Origin: Planctomycetota bacterium
GTDB taxonomy: Bacteria > Planctomycetota > UBA1135 > UBA2386
Length of the DNA: 64,000 bases
Reading direction: 5' to 3'
NCBI GenBank assembly: GCA_947501605.1
Contig: CANMWZ010000001.1
Span: 256,001-320,000 of the forward strand
The position numbers and the translations under genes are program-made. Below, one piece after another: positions 57,842-64,000 of this stretch; the first letter of the stretch is position 1; each line of letters opens with the position of its first letter. Below the pieces are notes generated by a model that saw nothing but the letters and a program-made list of their open reading frames with translations, was not told where the DNA came from and made no database searches.

Positions 57842-58530
57842 GGCTGGAACCCCTGCAACATCTGCTGCAACAGCACGCGACCGCGATGGATGCGCGACCG
57901 CACCGTGCCGGCGGCGATACCCAGTGCGGTACCGATCTCCTCGTACGACAGACCTTCGAGGTCGCGCAGCACCACGGCCGCGCGGAACTCCTCGGGGAGG
58001 TCGTGCACGCAGGCTCGGACGCGAGCGAGGAACTCCCTCTGGTGCGACAGCTCGCCCGGGTCGCGTTCGCGTCCGGCCGGATCGAGGAACAGATCGTCGG
58101 TCCCGCCGATCGGCGCATCGATGGACAAGGGTCGCGGGCCTCGCTTCTGGGCTCGCCGCGCGCGGTACTCGGTGATCGACACGTTGGTCGCGATGGTGTG
58201 GATCCAGGCAAACAGATTCTGGCCGTCGAAAGACGGCAGGCCCTTCCATACGCGCACGAAGACCTCCTGGCAGATGTCTTCGGCGGCGCTTCGATCACAA
58301 CGCAGTACAGCGATCACGACACGGGTCACTCGGTCTTGGAAGGTCTCGATCAGCCGTCGAAACGCGTCCATGTCACCCTTGCCTGCCAGCCTTGCCAGCG
58401 TGTGGGCCTGTTCGCGCAACTCGGGCGCGGCGGCGACCACCAGCGGCGGGCGTCCTCCGGGCGAGGGGGGCGACGAACGCAACTCACTAGGAGCGGTTCC
58501 AGACAGCTCAGGTTCTCGTTCGGCGGTCAC
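57838..58530 (-). CDS. ECF sigma-70 factor
   Basis: GD.DAF..L, AEDICQEVF...W..L..F, WI..IA.N, LP...R..VVLRD.EGLSYEEI...L....GTVRSRIHRGR. Confidence 0.96.
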   Translation of the reverse strand: MTAEREPELSGTAPSELRSSPPSPGGRPPLVVAAAPELREQAHTLARLAGKGDMDAFRRLIETFQDRVTRVVIAVLRCDRSAAEDICQEVFVRVWKGLPSFDGQNLFAWIHTIATNVSITEYRARRAQKRGPRPLSIDAPIGGTDDLFLDPAGRERDPGELSHQREFLARVRACVHDLPEEFRAAVVLRDLEGLSYEEIGTALGIAAGTVRSRIHRGRVLLQQMLQGFQP

Positions 58531-58640
58531 AAAAGGTCCGAGGCGATGGCAAGTCGGGCAGCGCGGGCCGCGGAGTACCCGGTGCGAGGCGGAGAGGATA
58601 TCGTGCGCCGCTCCGGACGCCCCTACTCGAAGCGAACTTC

Positions 58641-58937
58641 ATGCCGAAGGACCTCTACCAGTTTCCGTGCCCCTGCTGCAGCAAGCAGATCGAAATCGAC
58701 ATCCGCTCAGGCCGCACGCGTGCGGTAAAGCCGAGCGAACAGAAAGGTGGCCAAGACCTCGACGGGCTGCTGCAGAAACACCAGCGCGAGTCGGAGCGGC
58801 TCGGCCAGTTGTTCGACCAAGCAAAACAAGGGCAAGGCAACCAGAAGAAAGCACTCGAGGACCTTCTCGATCGGGCCAAGGAAGACGCCAAGAAGAACAA
58901 GGACGAGAAGCTGAATCGACCGTGGGACCTCGAGTGA
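58641..58937 (+). CDS. Small hypothetical protein: CPCC motif plus coiled coil
   Basis: FPCPCC...IEID...G, charged helical segment, ends RPWDLE; divergent from the sigma gene. Confidence 0.75.
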   Translation: MPKDLYQFPCPCCSKQIEIDIRSGRTRAVKPSEQKGGQDLDGLLQKHQRESERLGQLFDQAKQGQGNQKKALEDLLDRAKEDAKKNKDEKLNRPWDLE

Positions 58938-58976
58938 CTTCGGCACCGCGAACGCGCCACTGAGTGCCGCAGACCT

Positions 58977-60467
58977 TCACTGATCGCGCAAGCGCTGAAC
59001 GACCCTATCCCCCTCGGCCGTCCACTGCGGCCGCGCCGCGCGATCGGCGAATGCCCGGACGACGTGCTCCATGCCCTGGATGACAGCCGTCATGTGCGGG
59101 ACGTCGATGCGCGAGACCTCGTCAGACGGGCGGTGGTAGTCGGCATGAAGGGAACCGGCGCTGATCGAATGCGCGACGATCCCTTTGCGCACGAACGACA
59201 GGTTGTCGCTCTGCGCAAACAGCGCCTTGGCCTGTTGGAACTCGATCACCTCGATGCCGCCTTGTTGCAGCGCCTCGGTCGCGATCGCCGCGAAGTCCGA
59301 GTAGTCCGCGCCGGTGATCCACGCACTCTTCCGTTTCCCCTCCTGAGGACGACCGAGCATCTCGATGTTGATGTTGGCGACGATCGACTCGAGCGGGAAC
59401 GGCGGCGAGTCAGCAAAGGCAGCCGAACCTCGCAGCCCCTTCTCCTCGGCAGAGAAACAGACGAACGCAATCGATCGCTCGGACCGCGGATCCTGCGCCA
59501 TCTTTTCGGCCAGCAGCACTACGGCGGTCGTGCCCGTAGCGTCGTCGTCGGCGCCGTTGCAGATCGCATCGCCATCGACGGGAATCGTCGTGCCAATGTG
59601 GTCGTAGTGCGCCGAAACAACGACGTACTCGTCGGGCTTCACCGCGCCACGAAGCACGCCAACCACGTTGCTGAGCGGGATGTCGACGGGAGTCGAGGCC
59701 GCGCCGATCCACTCGATCGACCACGACGGCGGTTGCGCATCCGTGCCACGAGGGGCGTTCGTCGCGCCCTCCTGGGCCTTCAGCACGGATTCGGGGAGAG
59801 CCTTGTCGCGCACCAAGAAGACGGGGGCCGAGTTGCGCAACCGGCGGGACAGCAAGTCGCGCGACCCGGCGCATGCGACCCACATCGGATGGTCCTCGGC
59901 AACCACGACGACCGTTGGCTTGCGGCTACCGCCCCTCTGCAGAACATTTGGCAGGCGCGGATCGGACGGTAGCACCACGGTCGCGTCGACGGCAGCGCCG
60001 TCGGCCTCGGCGCTGCCCGCCAGCAATCGGACATCGACGTCCCCCTTCCACTCGATCTCCTTGCCGACGCCGTCGACCGACAACTTGGCCTTCAACACCA
60101 GCATCGTCGAGTCGAGTCGCTGGCCCGGCAGCGTGTAGGTGTGGCGGAATGCGGTCCCAGTGCCCGGCGCGAGCCCAGCCTTCTTGAAGCGCTCTACGAG
60201 CCATTCGGCCGACGCCTCGAGGCCGGGGCTCGGGCAATCGCGCCCGTTCCGCTCGTCGCTCGCAAGCCACGTGAGACTCTCGCGGACTCGCGCCTCGGTG
60301 ATCGGCGCCGGCTCGCGCTTCAACTCGGCGGCTTCGTCGGGAGACTGCACTTCGAGTGGCCGTGGCGCCACCGACGGCGAAGCCGGCGCAGTGCTCTGGG
60401 CCAAGGCAGCCGCAGCGACGAACAGCGGCGACAACAGGCGGGACCAAATCGTGGGATCGTGCTTCAT
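58977..60467 (-). CDS. Secreted M28-family peptidase
   Basis: Signal peptide; SAHYDH, NGADDDATG, AEEKGLRGS, NIEM.G, SDN, DYH.PSD. Confidence 0.93.
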   Translation of the reverse strand: MKHDPTIWSRLLSPLFVAAAALAQSTAPASPSVAPRPLEVQSPDEAAELKREPAPITEARVRESLTWLASDERNGRDCPSPGLEASAEWLVERFKKAGLAPGTGTAFRHTYTLPGQRLDSTMLVLKAKLSVDGVGKEIEWKGDVDVRLLAGSAEADGAAVDATVVLPSDPRLPNVLQRGGSRKPTVVVVAEDHPMWVACAGSRDLLSRRLRNSAPVFLVRDKALPESVLKAQEGATNAPRGTDAQPPSWSIEWIGAASTPVDIPLSNVVGVLRGAVKPDEYVVVSAHYDHIGTTIPVDGDAICNGADDDATGTTAVVLLAEKMAQDPRSERSIAFVCFSAEEKGLRGSAAFADSPPFPLESIVANINIEMLGRPQEGKRKSAWITGADYSDFAAIATEALQQGGIEVIEFQQAKALFAQSDNLSFVRKGIVAHSISAGSLHADYHRPSDEVSRIDVPHMTAVIQGMEHVVRAFADRAARPQWTAEGDRVVQRLRDQ

Positions 60468-61303
60468 GCGGGTCCGGGTAGGTCAGCTTCGTGCCAGGAA
60501 CCCTGGCGATAGCCGAGCAGATCGAGGGTGACATGCGCATAGCCGACGCTGCGAATGCCGCGCGCGAGGTCGACGCGCCGAGCGATGGCGTGGGCCAACT
60601 CGTCCGGACCGAGTTCGAGCCGCGCAAGGTCCCCATGGTGACGCACACGGAACTGGCGGAAGCCGAGTTCGCGCAGCACGTGCTCGGCCTGTTCGATGCG
60701 CAGCAGCAGCGCGCGATCGATCGCGGTACCGTGCGGCACGCGGGACGAAAGGCAGGCAAAGCTCGGCTTGTCGGCCGTGCGCAGCAAGGCGTCCCGGCTG
60801 TAGCGACGCACGTCCGTCTTGTAGAAGCCGGCGTCGATCAATGGCGCGAGCACTCCGTGCTCCTGCGCCGCCTTCTGTCCTGGTCGATGATCCCCAAGGT
60901 CGTCCATGATCGCGCCATAGACGACGGGCCAATCGGCGGGCGCAACCTCGGCGCGTCGCCGCGCGACGGTGACAAACAGCTCCTTCTTGCAATGGTAGCA
61001 GCGGTCGCCGTCGTTCTTGCGGTAGTCGGCCTGCTCGAGCTCGTGGGTTGCCAGGACCACGTGGCGCGAGCCGAGTTCGCGGGCAATCGCTCTTGCCTCG
61101 TCGAGTTCGGCCCGCGGCAACGACGGCGAATCTGCGGTCACCGCGACGGCACGATCGCCGAGCGCCGCGATGCAGGCGTGCAGCAACATCGTGCTATCGA
61201 CGCCAGCCGAGAAGGCGACGATGGCGCCCGGCAAGGCGGCAAGGCGCTGCTGCAGGGCCAGGAGCCTCGGCGCGTAGTCAGGGTCGATGGCGGTATCGGT
61301 CAC
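60464..61303 (-). CDS. larE: LarE-family ATP-dependent sulfur transferase
   Basis: PP-loop AFSAGVDS, RCYHCK..LF, DD..D.RPG..A, KPS.ACLSSR.P.G, IE.AE..L...GF...RVR.HG..AR.E; GTG start assumed. Confidence 0.92.
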   Translation of the reverse strand: MTDTAIDPDYAPRLLALQQRLAALPGAIVAFSAGVDSTMLLHACIAALGDRAVAVTADSPSLPRAELDEARAIARELGSRHVVLATHELEQADYRKNDGDRCYHCKKELFVTVARRRAEVAPADWPVVYGAIMDDLGDHRPGQKAAQEHGVLAPLIDAGFYKTDVRRYSRDALLRTADKPSFACLSSRVPHGTAIDRALLLRIEQAEHVLRELGFRQFRVRHHGDLARLELGPDELAHAIARRVDLARGIRSVGYAHVTLDLLGYRQGSWHEADLPGPA

Positions 61304-61328
61304 GTGGTTCTCGCAGCAGCCAGCAAAC

Positions 61329-63494
61329 TCAGCGGCCCAGACCAGGGTGGCCCAGACCAGGGTGGCCCAAACCCGAAGAACCCGAACCCGAGGCACCCGG
61401 CCCAGATGCTGGCGGGGACAACGGCCCCTCGAGTCGCGTCACCCACGCCCGCAACACCTCGCCGCCGCCCGCGAGAATCTCGTCGCGACGCTGCTGCCAC
61501 AGAGGCTCGAGTCCGAGCACTCGCAGCACCGGGAGCGCCGTGCGCGCAAAGGGACTATTGGCCGGTTCGACGCGGAACAACTCGGCGAACGGGGCGGCGA
61601 GCTCGCGGTGGACCTTGGAACCAATCGTCGCATCGGCGGCGAGCGCTGCCGACAACAGCATGCGCGCCTGCACACTGCGACGTTCGTCGAGCGCTAGCGC
61701 GAGGATCCACTCGAGGATCGCGCGGTGCCCATAGACGCGATTCTTGGGCATGGCTCCTTGCGCGGCAATCACCAGTGCTGCGAGTTGCGCCTGGGCGGTC
61801 GCGTAGCGGTCCCAGAACACCGCGTCGCCGACCTGCGGTGCAAGCTCGCGAGGACCACCGACAAGCGGCGATAGTTCGGCCAGCAACTGCAGGAAGACCG
61901 GCCCGAGCTTGCCATCATCGCCGGTCGCGGTGGCGTGGCCGATGCGTTGCTTGGTGGCGGTGTCGTAGACCCACAGATCGACCCGCCGTTGGCTGCCGTC
62001 CGGCCGCACGCTACCCGTGACGATGCGCGTGCACTGACGTTCGCGATCGGTCAGCAGTTCGGCGAGCTTGTCCTCGGCCCACGGCACGCCGGACACCACC
62101 CAACCGCCACCTTCGACAACTGGCAGCGCCACCGCGGATGGAATGCCGGCCAGCAACCAAAGTTGCTCGGTCAAGAACAGCGGCACGCTCCGCGACAGGC
62201 GGCCGAGTTCATCCTCGCGCGTGATCTGCGCAGTCTTCAGCCCGTCGCCCAGCACCGCCAGACCCGCGAACAACACCTGCTTGTCGCTCTGCGGAGGCGG
62301 CAGCAGGAACTCGGGTTTGGCCAGCACCGGAAACCACAACGGCCGGTCCATCCGATAGAGCGTGACCTTGGGCGTGCCCTGAATCGGTTCGGCCGCCGGG
62401 ACCGTCATCCGCGTGAACTCGGCATCGAACGGACCGAGCTGCGCGTCGAGGGCGCGCTGAAACCGCACGCGCAGCTGGTGCAACAACTCCATGCCAAGCA
62501 CGGGTTGCTTCGTTTGCACGTAGTAGGACAGCAGGGCCACACCGATGCCGGGATGATGCTGCTCGAGCCGATAGCGCGGCAGCACGAGCTCGGCGATGGC
62601 CTCCATTTGGCCGGCGCGGCCAAGGTCGTTGACCATCATGAACAGCACGTCGCTCTCGGTGCCGGCAGCGGCGGCGACGGCACGGTACTCCGCGAGTGCC
62701 GGCGCGATGTTCTGCTGCAGCAGGGCCTGCCGAGCCCGCCACAACTGCGGTCGCCAGGTCTTGGGCAGGGCGCACACTTCTTCGAGCGCCGCTCCATACC
62801 CGTCTTGACCGCGGCGCTGGTGCTCGAACTGGAGCCAGCCGTGCAGCGCATCCGGGTGGTTGCCGTCCTTCTGCAGCGCTTGCCACAACAGCGCGGTCGC
62901 AGCGGATCGATTGCCTTCCTTCTCGCGGACCATCGCCAGCCCGACCAGCGGCGACACCGACTGCGGCACCTTCTGCTGCAGTTCTTCGAGCGTTCGGGCG
63001 CACGCTTCGAGCTCGCCAACTTCACGCTGCACCGCGGCGAGGATCGACAGCCCACGCTCGTGGTCGGGGTCAAGCGCCGCGAGGCGCAGGGCCGCCGGCA
63101 GCAGATCGCTGGCGAAGCCGTCGCGCAGATACTGCAGGACCATCGCCGCGAGCCGGTCGGGCGCGTGCGCGTAGGATTCGACCAGCTTGGGCAGCACCTC
63201 CTTGCGCCACTGCTCGCGCGGCAGCGACTGCGGTCGCCCGAAGGCATCGAACATCGTCACCTGAGTCGGCCCTACCGTCGCGGTCGCGGCCGTCGCCGGC
63301 TTGCCTGCAGCCGCGGCCGGCGCACTCGAGTGGTTTCCACTTGGTTGGTTGCCCGCGGACTGCGCCCCAGTTGGACCGCCGGCACTGGCCGAAGGGCTGG
63401 CCGCCCCATGCGTAGCAGTCGGCGGTGGCGTCGGCTGCGGCGTCGGCTGCGGCGTCGGCTGCGGATCGGGCTTCTTGCGGCGAAACAGTCCCAT
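61329..63494 (-). CDS. TPR-containing protein with an MGLF N-terminus and low-complexity linker
   Basis: MGLFRRKK, (PQPT)n, FDAFGR....R.QWR.EVLP, TPRs, WRPQLW.AR; C-terminal alpha/beta region. Confidence 0.8.
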   Translation of the reverse strand: MGLFRRKKPDPQPTPQPTPQPTPPPTATHGAASPSASAGGPTGAQSAGNQPSGNHSSAPAAAAGKPATAATATVGPTQVTMFDAFGRPQSLPREQWRKEVLPKLVESYAHAPDRLAAMVLQYLRDGFASDLLPAALRLAALDPDHERGLSILAAVQREVGELEACARTLEELQQKVPQSVSPLVGLAMVREKEGNRSAATALLWQALQKDGNHPDALHGWLQFEHQRRGQDGYGAALEEVCALPKTWRPQLWRARQALLQQNIAPALAEYRAVAAAAGTESDVLFMMVNDLGRAGQMEAIAELVLPRYRLEQHHPGIGVALLSYYVQTKQPVLGMELLHQLRVRFQRALDAQLGPFDAEFTRMTVPAAEPIQGTPKVTLYRMDRPLWFPVLAKPEFLLPPPQSDKQVLFAGLAVLGDGLKTAQITREDELGRLSRSVPLFLTEQLWLLAGIPSAVALPVVEGGGWVVSGVPWAEDKLAELLTDRERQCTRIVTGSVRPDGSQRRVDLWVYDTATKQRIGHATATGDDGKLGPVFLQLLAELSPLVGGPRELAPQVGDAVFWDRYATAQAQLAALVIAAQGAMPKNRVYGHRAILEWILALALDERRSVQARMLLSAALAADATIGSKVHRELAAPFAELFRVEPANSPFARTALPVLRVLGLEPLWQQRRDEILAGGGEVLRAWVTRLEGPLSPPASGPGASGSGSSGLGHPGLGHPGLGR
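61332..61410. repeat. 15-bp coding tandem repeats (GLGHP and GSG units) at the 3' end of the TPR gene
   Basis: ggcccagaccagggt / ggcccagaccagggt / ggcccaaacccgaag followed by more degenerate units. Confidence 0.75.
63427..63462. repeat. 12-bp coding tandem repeat x3 (PQPT)
   Basis: (GGCGTCGGCTGC)x3, perfect. Confidence 0.9.
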
Positions 63495-63572
63495 GGCGGA
63501 TGGTGCGGAGTCGACGGAGCGCTCCGAGGCTGCCGTTGGCGACGGCAGGGCGGGCACAGTAGCGTCGGGGCG

Positions 63573-64000
63573 ATGCTGCGGCCACTCGACACGCAATCCG
63601 TCCGCCGACACTTCCCAGGCTTGTCCCGCAAGATCGCGGGTGCAGAGGCGGTCTTCTTCGACGGCCCAGCGGGCAGCCAGGTGCCAACGCGCGTCGCCGC
63701 GGCCGTGAGCGATTACCTGCTCCACCACAATGCGAACCACGGCGGCCCGTTCGCCACCTCGGTGGAAACCGACGCGATGGTCGACGCCGCGCGGGCCGCG
63801 TTCGCCGACTTCTTCGGGGCGAGCACGCCGGACGAGATCGTCTTCGGGGCCAACATGACGACGCTCACGTTCCATCTCGCGCGCGCGCTGGCGCGCACCT
63901 GGAAGCCAGGCGATGTCCTGGTCGTCACGGACAGCGACCACGACGCGAATGTCACGCCGTGGGTTCTGGCTGCGCGCGACGTCGGCGCCAGCGTTCGTCG
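63573..64000 (+). CDS. Cysteine desulfurase-like class V aminotransferase (truncated at the right edge)
   Basis: Manual translation: MLRPLDTQSVRRHFPGL...FFDGPAGSQVP...NANHGG.F.TS...EIVFGANMTTLTF...DHDANVTPW. Confidence 0.92.
   Translation, partial: MLRPLDTQSVRRHFPGLSRKIAGAEAVFFDGPAGSQVPTRVAAAVSDYLLHHNANHGGPFATSVETDAMVDAARAAFADFFGASTPDEIVFGANMTTLTFHLARALARTWKPGDVLVVTDSDHDANVTPWVLAARDVGASVR

Noticed and set aside
63495..63941. N-terminal extension of the 870-aa minus-strand ORF
   Set aside because: It is antisense to the clear cysteine desulfurase-like gene starting at 63573

Overview
GC-rich bacterial chromosome, most likely Planctomycetota (inferred from the 'AKGGTVRD' EF-Tu switch I, a prenyltransferase-repeat protein, fused SecDF and many TPR lipoproteins). 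Most of the window is housekeeping and envelope genes: tRNA-Thr/Tyr/Gly/Thr-tuf, mutS2, a cystathionine gamma-lyase/synthase, HU, trpS, ribE, trmD-rplS, secDF, nadB, hflX, pyc, an M17 aminopeptidase, flagellin, rpsT, def, ribF, two MCE/Mla-type ABC operons, an ECF sigma/anti-sigma pair, larE and a partial cysteine desulfurase-like gene. I saw no prophage, transposase or CRISPR array. Strongest leads: (1) two ~163-165 bp non-coding palindromic elements, each sitting on the TAG stop codon of a minus-strand gene, with dissimilar stem sequences but the same stem lengths and the same GAGG/AAGGA...GACGCAG/CGCAG loops; (2) an EF-Tu whose P-loop reads GHVAHGKT instead of GHVDHGKT and whose switch I lacks the RGITI glycine; (3) a Trp/Pro-repeat lipoprotein coupled to an MlaEFD operon in place of any recognisable outer-membrane partner; (4) three tandem secreted paralogues with a shared C-terminal domain; (5) a CxxC-C type LarE near a cysteine desulfurase-like gene. 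All calls come from reading motifs by eye; no database search or folding program was run.
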